From: a virus
Lineage: Duplodnaviria; Caudoviricetes
IMG/VR virus record: IMGVR_UViG_3300014202_001126
Span: 1 to 47,728 of that record
Length of the DNA: 47,728 bases
Reading direction: 5' to 3' (one strand)
Of the stretch, positions 8,805 to 16,166 are shown in pieces. The notes under the pieces were generated by a model. The model was not told the DNA's origin. It did not search any database and was given only the letters and a program-made list of their open reading frames with translations. The position numbers were made by a program, and so were the translations under genes. Numbering within the stretch: the first letter of the stretch is position 1; each line of letters begins with the position of its first letter.

Positions 8805-9334
8805 TGAATCAACGCACACCACCTTGGTTGATTTGGTTGCGACTGGTCGAAAAGTGCGACCTGCCCGCGATCGTGCGCATCGAGCAGGCCAGCTTCGACT
8901 ATCCGCAGCTCGAGGAGGATTTGGCCAGCCTGCTGCTGCAAGATCACTACCACGGGCTGGCCGCGATCCACGGGACGCGGTTGGTGGGCTATATGTTCTT
9001 CGCGCGGTACCCCAATCACATCGAGCTCGACACCGTGGCCGTGGCCGAGTCGCACCGCCGCGGAGGCATCGGTTGGGCGCTGGCCAGTCGGCTGCCGGGG
9101 ATGCTCGACGGTGAGCGTCGCAGCGTGCGGGCGCTCGTGTCCGAGTGGAATTTGGACGCGCACCTGTTTTTGCGCTCGCTGGGATTCTTTGCCACACGCG
9201 TGCTCGACAACTACTGGCACGAGTACGACGAGAGCGCCTACGAAATGCGCTACACGCCCGATCCGCTCGTGCGCCGCAAGCTGCAGCGGAAGACGTTCAC
9301 GAATCGCATCTCGCGCTACATCCCAGCGGAGTAA
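8804..9334 (+). CDS. rimI: GNAT acetyltransferase, RimI-like
   Basis: IVRIEQASF; VAVAESHRRGGIG acetyl-CoA motif; VSEWNLDAHLFLRSLGF; ESAYEM. Confidence 0.8.
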   Translation: MNQRTPPWLIWLRLVEKCDLPAIVRIEQASFDYPQLEEDLASLLLQDHYHGLAAIHGTRLVGYMFFARYPNHIELDTVAVAESHRRGGIGWALASRLPGMLDGERRSVRALVSEWNLDAHLFLRSLGFFATRVLDNYWHEYDESAYEMRYTPDPLVRRKLQRKTFTNRISRYIPAE

Positions 9335-9336
9335 CC

Positions 9337-9615
9337 ATGCTGCTGCGCAAGCTGATGCTGCTCTTGTTCCGACGCCGTGAGGAGGCCGCGGCCATCGCCG
9401 CGCCGCCCCCCGACGAGGAACAGACGATCGGTTGCGTGGCCGCGACGAGCGCCGCGGTGTGGGAAGTGGCTGCCAGCGACTTCGCCGCCACGCGCGTCTG
9501 CGCCGCGGATCGGTTGGTCGAGTTCGACGTGCTGCAAGTCGATCGCGTGAGGTTTGCTTGTGCCGCCAGCGATCAACGCCGCTGGAGGGTTGTAGCCACG
9601 GACACGGGGTGCTGA
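9337..9615 (+). CDS. Phage hypothetical protein
   Basis: ATG at 9337 after GGAG; fills the gap between neighbours. Confidence 0.5.
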   Translation: MLLRKLMLLLFRRREEAAAIAAPPPDEEQTIGCVAATSAAVWEVAASDFAATRVCAADRLVEFDVLQVDRVRFACAASDQRRWRVVATDTGC

Positions 9616-9618
9616 TCG

Positions 9619-9921
9619 ATGAGCGCGAATACCTACGACCTGGGAGACCTGGTGCGCGTCGAGGCCAGCTTCAGCGATGCGCTCTTGGGAGGGGCGATCG
9701 ATCCCGACGTGGTGAAGCTCAGCGTCAAGGCGCCCGGCGCCGAGACGGTGACCTACACCTACGACGACGACGAGACGATCGTGCGCGACGCGCTGGGAGA
9801 GTTCTACGCGCACATCGACGCCGACGCGAGCGGCACCTGGTTCTACCGCTGGTGGAGCACGGGCGATGGCCAGGCCGCGATCGAGAAACGCTTTCAAGTG
9901 CGCGGCGCTTCGGCCGTGTGA
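9619..9921 (+). CDS. Small Ig-like phage structural protein
   Basis: YDLGDLVRVEASF...GEFYAHID...GTWFYRW beta-sandwich pattern. Confidence 0.6.
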   Translation: MSANTYDLGDLVRVEASFSDALLGGAIDPDVVKLSVKAPGAETVTYTYDDDETIVRDALGEFYAHIDADASGTWFYRWWSTGDGQAAIEKRFQVRGASAV

Positions 9922-9959
9922 GCCGGCGCGCGCGACCACGAATCACGAAAGGACAACGC

Positions 9960-10313
9960 ATGATCATCCCGCACGACGTAGCCGTCGGACAGACGATCGA
10001 GATCGCCGCCCCCTGCAAGCTCATGATCCTGGGCGTGCGGAACTACACGCACGGAGGATCAGCACCGATCCAAGTGATCGAGCTGGCCCTCGACGACGGG
10101 GTAGTGCTGACTGCAGGTGTTGACGTGCAAAAGGACGGGCTGGTTGCCACGGTAGTGGCGCACGACGTGGGCCAGCACGAGGCCGAAGAGAGCGACGACG
10201 AGCCCGAAGCCCCACACGAGGCCGAGGAGAGCGACGACGCACACAGCGAAGCACAGGGCGACGACGAGGGGCACGACGAGGCCGAGGAGACCGACGAGGC
10301 CGACGCGACGTAA
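9960..10313 (+). CDS. Hypothetical protein with acidic repetitive tail
   Basis: ATG after AAAGGA; repeated HEAEESDD units. Confidence 0.65.
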   Translation: MIIPHDVAVGQTIEIAAPCKLMILGVRNYTHGGSAPIQVIELALDDGVVLTAGVDVQKDGLVATVVAHDVGQHEAEESDDEPEAPHEAEESDDAHSEAQGDDEGHDEAEETDEADAT

Positions 10314-10407
10314 GTGCAATGCGCTGTAAGTCGTTAAGTGACGCAAGTCCTTATTCGACGTAAGTCATTAACCGACGTAACCCCTTATTCGACGTAAGTC
10401 CTTATTC
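10307..10407 (+). repeat. Tandem ~17 bp repeats (GACGTAAGTCCTTATTC consensus), six units
   Basis: Units at 10340, 10357, 10374 and 10391, plus degenerate units at 10307 and 10323. Confidence 0.85.
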
Positions 10408-10424
10408 CTCGTAGACCCCCGTTT

Positions 10425-10475
10425 GGGTCCTTCCAGCACCTCACAGCCTGCGGTTTCCCCACCCCGGGGGGCGCG
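10425..10475 (+). other. Putative cos packaging site (cosQ GGGTCCT followed by a GC-rich cosN candidate)
   Basis: Exact lambda cosQ heptamer at 10425-10431, just upstream of the terminase module. Confidence 0.55.
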
Positions 10476-10532
10476 CTTGCTACCTATAGTCCGTCCGTCC
10501 GTCCGTCCGTTGGAACCAATTCCTTGCAGACG

Positions 10533-11210
10533 ATGCCCCGCAAAGCCACGCCATCACCGCCGCGCGAGATCGACGCCTCGCTGACCGTGCTCGAGGAGAC
10601 GCCGCTTCTCGAGATGCGCCGCCATGAGGAGGCCGCCCGCGCGAAAGCCGCGCGCCGCCTGACGCGCCGCGTCACGCGCCGCCGATACCTGCGCTTCTCG
10701 CAACACGCTAAGGCCGTCGAGCAACTCCGCCCACTCCCCAAGCGCGGAGAGTCTGTGCACGGTGTGATCCCGGGAACCTTCTCCGGTTGGTCGCTGGTGA
10801 CCGCCGCGGCCGAGCTCGCCGCCGAGCCTGTCGAGCAACTGATCCTCTGCACGCTCGGATTCAACCGCGCGAATTGCGAGAGCCTCGTCGAGCTGCTCGA
10901 CGCCGGCACTGTCCGCCGCGTGCTCTTGAACGTCTCCGATTACTTCCGCCACTCCGACCGCACCATCTTCGCTGAGATCCAAGCCGCGCTAGAAGAGCGG
11001 GGCCAACGCGTCGTCGTGACGCGCTCGCACGCCAAGCTCTTCCTGCTGCAAACCGCCAAGCGCCACCTCGTGATCGAGGCTAGCGTCAACCTACGCAGTA
11101 GCCAGAGCTGGGAGCAATTCGTCCTCTCCGACGACGCCCAGCTCTTCGCCTTTCATCGCGACTGGATCGAGTCGCTCGCGCCCGAGGCACCATGCCCCGC
11201 AAAAGCGTAA
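10533..11210 (+). CDS. Phospholipase D-like (HxK) nuclease-domain protein
   Basis: RSHAKLFLL...IEASVNLRS resembles HxK...GSxN. Confidence 0.7.
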   Translation: MPRKATPSPPREIDASLTVLEETPLLEMRRHEEAARAKAARRLTRRVTRRRYLRFSQHAKAVEQLRPLPKRGESVHGVIPGTFSGWSLVTAAAELAAEPVEQLILCTLGFNRANCESLVELLDAGTVRRVLLNVSDYFRHSDRTIFAEIQAALEERGQRVVVTRSHAKLFLLQTAKRHLVIEASVNLRSSQSWEQFVLSDDAQLFAFHRDWIESLAPEAPCPAKA

Positions 11211-11584
11211 AGCCGCGCTGTCCTGCCGACACGCCGAAACCCGTGAAGGACGAGTTCGCTCGACTCGTGCGCCTGATGGGCGACCGCGCGATCGACGCCG
11301 ACGAGCTCACGCTGCTCATGCTCGCCACGAGCTGGATCACGTGGCGCGACGCGCGCCGCCAGGTGCAACAAGACGGGACCGTCGTCATGTCGGGTGGTAC
11401 CGCGATCGCCCATCCCGCGCTCGCCGTCGCCCACCAGGCTCACACCCAGATCCTCGCGCTCTGCAAAGAGCTGGGGCTGACCGCCGCCTCGCGCCGCAAG
11501 CTCGTCGACGCCGAAGACGACGCGCCTCCGGAGCCCCAGACGTGGGACGACCTCGACGACGAGGAGGAAGATGGCCAAGCGTAG
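11192..11584 (+). CDS. terS: Terminase small subunit (P27-like)
   Basis: AHPALAV...LCKELGLTAASRRKL motif; directly upstream of terL. Confidence 0.85.
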   Translation: MPRKSVKPRCPADTPKPVKDEFARLVRLMGDRAIDADELTLLMLATSWITWRDARRQVQQDGTVVMSGGTAIAHPALAVAHQAHTQILALCKELGLTAASRRKLVDAEDDAPPEPQTWDDLDDEEEDGQA

Positions 11585-13661
11585 CGAGCGCCAGCGCGAC
11601 GCGCAGCGCAAGCGCGCGGTTCGATCCAAGGGGCGCCTCGTCATCGTGCCCCCGTGTGCCGATCGCGCCCGCCGCGCTCGCCTCGAGGCCGACGACGAGG
11701 CCTGGCTCATGTACTACTGGGGCCCCGGTTGCGGTTGCGACGACCCGTTCACCTACGATTTCACCAGCCAACAACGCGATATGATCCGCGACATCGGACT
11801 CGCCGCCCGCGAAGCGGAAGACGCCGCCGACGCCGCCTCCCGCGGCGAAGGCAAGACGACTCTCTTCCGCCGCCTGCTCTGCAAATACGTGCTGCAGGGC
11901 ATCCTGTCGTTCCCCGTGATCCTGGGCGCCACGCGCGATGCCGCGAACGACTCGCTCGAGCAAATCAAGCAAGGCTTCGAGACGAACCGCCGCCTGCTGC
12001 GCGATTACCCCGAAGTCTGCGTCCCCGTTCGCGCGCTAGAGAACACGCCCAACCGCGCGCACTACATGCTCGTGACCGGCCTGCGCCACGACAATAGCAA
12101 ACCCTACGTCGCACACCCGGCAGACTTCTCGTGGTGCGGAAACGAGATCCGCTTCCCCAACGTGCCGGGCGCTCCTTCGCGCCGTGCTATGATCGCCACG
12201 CGCGGCCTCGACTCCGAGGTGCGCGGCCTCAACAAGGGGCGCCGCCCCGACCTGGCCGCGATCGACGATCCCGATACCGAAGAGACCGTCAACAACGAGA
12301 TCCAGCGCGACAAGCTCATGCGTCGGATCGAAAAGGCGATCGGTTTCCTGGGAAAACAGAACCGCCGCTGCGGCCGCATCATGCTCACCACGTTGCAGAG
12401 CCGCACGTGCGCGAGCGCCATCTACACCGATCCGACGCAGAAGCCGAGCTGGCGCGGCAAGCGCTTTCGCTACCTGATCAAGCCCCCCGCGCGCGTCGAC
12501 CTGTGGGATGAGTACGTCACCCTCAAACAAGACGACTGGCGCAACGGGACCAACCACGCGCACGAGCTCTACGTCGAGAAGCGTGCCGAGATGGACGCGG
12601 GCGCGAAGGTCGCCAACCCGAATCGTCACTCCGCCGACCAACTCTCCGCGCTCCAGAACTATTACGACGAAGTCGCGCGCAAGGGCCCCGAAGCGGTGGC
12701 GACCGAGCTCGACAACGATCCCCCTGAGGAAGACGGGCCCGTCGAATCGGGTATCACCGCCACTCGCATTCAGAAGCGGCTCTCCGGCTACCCGCGCGGC
12801 ATCGTGCCGCCCGAGTGCCGCATCCTCAGTCGGGGCATCGACGTGCAAAAAGCCGGCTTGCACTGGGTGGTGAAGGCCTGGCGCTCCGATGCCACGCACT
12901 ACGTGATCGACTACGGGTTCTTCGAGACCCACGGCACCACCTACAACTCCGAGGTCGGGGTCGAGCACGCGATCTACCGCGCGCTCACCGATTACATGGA
13001 GCAATCGGTACCCTACCTCACACCCGACGGAGAAGAGCGACGCATCGGTCTGACGCTCGTCGATTCGGGCTGGCAAGACAAGGCCGTGATCGCCGCCTGC
13101 CGCGAGATCCGCCTGGGTATCTATCCGGCCAAGGGGCACGGCAAGAGCCACGGCTGCGCGACGCCCAACTTCTACGAGCAGACGAAGGAAACCAAGGATC
13201 GCAAGCCGGGCGACGGTTGGTTCCAGAGCAAGATCAAGCAAAAAGCCGTGCGCGGTGGCGTGTGGCTGGTGAACTGCGACACCGATCGCTGGAAAGAATT
13301 CGAGCACGCGCGGTGGATGACGGCCGAGGGGAAACCGGGCGCCGCCTACCTCTACGGTCAGATGAGCGACGAGGAGCGCAAGTACGCCGATCGTCGCATG
13401 CCGCGCGACGCGAAGGATCACTTTGCCTTCGCCAAGCATCTCACTGCCGAGATCCAGACCGAGGAGGTCGTGCGCGGCAAGCTCGTGCGATCGTTCCGCG
13501 TGAAGCCGGGTCGCGTGCAAAACCACTACTTCGACGCCTCCTACCTGGCCGACGTGGCCGGCGCCATGCAAGGCGTCCGTTTACTGGGGCACGCGACGCT
13601 CGCGCGTTCGTCGCGCCGCCGCGGCCCCACTTCACCCCCTGATGAGATCGGAGCCCGATGA
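11571..13661 (+). CDS. terL: Terminase large subunit (lambda GpA-like)
   Basis: Walker A SRGEGKTT; AAIDD; nuclease motifs GIDVQ, VDSG, NHYFDA. Confidence 0.9.
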   Translation: MAKRSERQRDAQRKRAVRSKGRLVIVPPCADRARRARLEADDEAWLMYYWGPGCGCDDPFTYDFTSQQRDMIRDIGLAAREAEDAADAASRGEGKTTLFRRLLCKYVLQGILSFPVILGATRDAANDSLEQIKQGFETNRRLLRDYPEVCVPVRALENTPNRAHYMLVTGLRHDNSKPYVAHPADFSWCGNEIRFPNVPGAPSRRAMIATRGLDSEVRGLNKGRRPDLAAIDDPDTEETVNNEIQRDKLMRRIEKAIGFLGKQNRRCGRIMLTTLQSRTCASAIYTDPTQKPSWRGKRFRYLIKPPARVDLWDEYVTLKQDDWRNGTNHAHELYVEKRAEMDAGAKVANPNRHSADQLSALQNYYDEVARKGPEAVATELDNDPPEEDGPVESGITATRIQKRLSGYPRGIVPPECRILSRGIDVQKAGLHWVVKAWRSDATHYVIDYGFFETHGTTYNSEVGVEHAIYRALTDYMEQSVPYLTPDGEERRIGLTLVDSGWQDKAVIAACREIRLGIYPAKGHGKSHGCATPNFYEQTKETKDRKPGDGWFQSKIKQKAVRGGVWLVNCDTDRWKEFEHARWMTAEGKPGAAYLYGQMSDEERKYADRRMPRDAKDHFAFAKHLTAEIQTEEVVRGKLVRSFRVKPGRVQNHYFDASYLADVAGAMQGVRLLGHATLARSSRRRGPTSPPDEIGAR

Positions 13662-14200
13662 GAAACAAGCCCCACACTGCCCCGCAGTTTGACAATGCTG
13701 CCGACGATGATGAACCGCTCGACGTGCCGGAGCACCTCGAGACGCCGCCCGTCGTGGAAATCAGACAGGCCCCCGCCGTCCGCGAACTGGAAAAGCCAGC
13801 CGCCGACGAGCTCGAGTCGCCGGTCGACCGGGACAACGACGGAATCCCCTACTGCCGCAAGCACCACTGCCGCATGAAGCGCGCCAGCGGCGGCAAGAAA
13901 AACTCGGCGACGAAGTACTACTCCTGCCCCGTACCCGACTGCGAGGAGCGCGGCCAGGTGGTTCGCACGCCGCACGAGCGCGTCGTACCCCCCGCGCCGC
14001 TGGCCTGCCCACGCTGCAGCAAGCACGGGAAGGAAGTCTTTTGCGAGCGCGACCGCCACGCCACGCCCATGGCCGTGGTGCTCAAATGCCCCGCGTGCGG
14101 CTGGAAGTCGAACGCGCTAGCATCGCCGCAATTGGCCGCCCTGCACGCATCGCACGTCCAGCGCCGCCCAAAGCCCGAGGAGGAGCTGGGCGCCAGATAG
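13658..14200 (+). CDS. Zinc-finger protein
   Basis: CRKH, CPVPDC, CPRC, CPAC. Confidence 0.65.
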   Translation: MRNKPHTAPQFDNAADDDEPLDVPEHLETPPVVEIRQAPAVRELEKPAADELESPVDRDNDGIPYCRKHHCRMKRASGGKKNSATKYYSCPVPDCEERGQVVRTPHERVVPPAPLACPRCSKHGKEVFCERDRHATPMAVVLKCPACGWKSNALASPQLAALHASHVQRRPKPEEELGAR

Positions 14201-14210
14201 GGCGTCGGTT

Positions 14211-14228
14211 GTTGCCGGATCCGGCAAC
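14211..14228. promoter_or_regulatory. Perfect 18 bp palindrome
   Basis: GTTGCCGGATCCGGCAAC, intergenic. Confidence 0.4.
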
Positions 14229-14271
14229 CAGTTTCCCGACCCGCCAATGTGCGCGGGCGAAGATGTAATAG

Positions 14272-14481
14272 ATGGCCGCCACCGATCAACAGATCGCCGA
14301 CAACGCCCGCGAGGCGCTCAATCGCATCCTGCAGACCGACTCTGCCGAGTGGTCTGAAGGGGAGCGCCGCCAGCGCATGCTCGAGGTCGATCGACTGGAG
14401 GCCATCATCTCCAAGTTCGAGGCCAAAGCCGCCCGCAGCGGCCGTCGCATCTTCGCTCCCATCCGCCGAGTCGACCTGTAG
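14272..14481 (+). CDS. Head completion protein (gpW-like)
   Basis: 69 aa gene between terL and portal; helix-hairpin-helix pattern. Confidence 0.7.
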   Translation: MAATDQQIADNAREALNRILQTDSAEWSEGERRQRMLEVDRLEAIISKFEAKAARSGRRIFAPIRRVDL

Positions 14482-16166
14482 TGCTTGACTGGCTCCGCAA
14501 CTTGCTAGGTGGCAACACGCCGCCGACGCCGACCAGGCCGGGGAGCGCCGAGCATGCGCGCACGGTGCTCGCGCAGGCCTTCGAGGCCTACCGCCTGGCC
14601 CGCCGCGACCGGCCACGCGAGCACTACCAACCCCACGGATTCAGTGGCGATTCGGCCATTCTCGGGTCGCACGACCTGATGAACCGCCGCACGCGCGACC
14701 TCGTGCGGAACACGGCTCAGGCCAAGCGAATCATTTCGGCCATCGTCGACCTGGTCGTCGGCACGGGCATGCGCACCTACGCGTGGCCCTTCGCCCCCTC
14801 CGAGCTGTTCGAGATCGTGACCGAGCTCGAGACGTTGCAGGCGGGCAACCTCGGCCCGCGGCTCGCCTTCGCGCTGGAGAGCGACGACCTGTTCGACGAA
14901 TGGTTCAACGACCCGCAACAGTTCGACGCCGAGGGTCGCCTCTCGGGCCCGGAAGTACAGCGAATGCTGCTGCAGGAGTCGGCGCTAGTGGGCGATGGCC
15001 TGCTCGTGCGGACGTTTCCTAAGAAATCATCGATCGTACCCCTGGCCTACCAGCTCTTCGAGCGCGAGCAGCTCGACGAGTCGCAGGACCGTCCCGCCGC
15101 GCCGGGGCGAAACGCCATCGTCGGGGGCCGCGAGTTCGACGCCGGCAACCGCGTCGTCGCCTACCACCTCTACACCGACCATCCGCACGACGCCTTCGGT
15201 ACCGGCGCCTCGGCCCTGCTGGGGGCGGGCCGCGTGCTCGCCGTCGGCGGGGGTCGCGTGCGCATCCCGGCCGAGCGCGTGATCGATCTGGCGCTCTTCT
15301 CCCGCCCCAGCGCCTCGGGAGGAGCCTCCTGGCTCGACGCCTGCGGCCAATCGATCTGGGACCGCGACAGCTTCATGGAGAGCGAAATTCGCTCCGCCGC
15401 GCTCGACGCTGTCTTCGCGCTCATCGCGCACCTGGAAGACGCCGAGCAACACGGCGCGATGGGGCTCGCCGACGGCCTGGCCGACGGAGACGAGTACGGG
15501 AACCGCGAATACAAGGTCGGGCACTCGCCGATCGCCGCGATCATGGGGACGAACGAAAAGCTGGAGATGGTCCGCTCCGAGCGACCGAACAAGGACGCCC
15601 CCCACTTCATGGGCTTGCTCGATCACGACATCGCCGGTGCCACGCCCCTGTCGTACTACTCGCTGACGGGGAATTACTCGGCGACCAACTTCAGCTCGAC
15701 GCGGGCCGCGAAGCTCGACGAGGACCTGCACATTCGACCGCTGCAGGCCTGGTTCGCCACGCACGTGGCGCTCCCCATCCGCCGCCAGTTCAACCTGCTG
15801 GCCGCCGCGGGAGGGAAATTCCAATCCATCACGCCGGCCGAGTTCCGCGCCAGCCAGCGCACCTACCAGCGCTTCGACGCGATCGGCGTCGGCCGCGATC
15901 TGCTCGATCCGCGGAACGAGGGAGAGGCGCGCATCGCACGTCTCCGCGCAGGTCTGGCCACCTACAAGGAAGAGCAGGCCCGCGCGGGCAAGCACTGGAT
16001 CCGCGAGCTGATGCAACTGGCCGTCGAACGCAAGATCGCCGACCTGTTTGGCGTCGTGCTCGACTTCTCCAACGGTGGTTCGCCGCCGGCCGAGAGCGCG
16101 AAAGAGGAGACTCGCGACGAGCAGGACGACCGGGAAACGAAGGAGTCGACCCGTGCCGCGAAGTAA
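14481..16166 (+). CDS. Portal protein, lambda family
   Basis: RTRDLVRN, VVGTG, VAYHL, LTGNYSATNFSSTRA, DPRNE motifs. Confidence 0.9.
   Translation: MLDWLRNLLGGNTPPTPTRPGSAEHARTVLAQAFEAYRLARRDRPREHYQPHGFSGDSAILGSHDLMNRRTRDLVRNTAQAKRIISAIVDLVVGTGMRTYAWPFAPSELFEIVTELETLQAGNLGPRLAFALESDDLFDEWFNDPQQFDAEGRLSGPEVQRMLLQESALVGDGLLVRTFPKKSSIVPLAYQLFEREQLDESQDRPAAPGRNAIVGGREFDAGNRVVAYHLYTDHPHDAFGTGASALLGAGRVLAVGGGRVRIPAERVIDLALFSRPSASGGASWLDACGQSIWDRDSFMESEIRSAALDAVFALIAHLEDAEQHGAMGLADGLADGDEYGNREYKVGHSPIAAIMGTNEKLEMVRSERPNKDAPHFMGLLDHDIAGATPLSYYSLTGNYSATNFSSTRAAKLDEDLHIRPLQAWFATHVALPIRRQFNLLAAAGGKFQSITPAEFRASQRTYQRFDAIGVGRDLLDPRNEGEARIARLRAGLATYKEEQARAGKHWIRELMQLAVERKIADLFGVVLDFSNGGSPPAESAKEETRDEQDDRETKESTRAAK

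Noticed and set aside
10307-10407. Mini-CRISPR
   Set aside because: The 17 bp units are contiguous with no spacers
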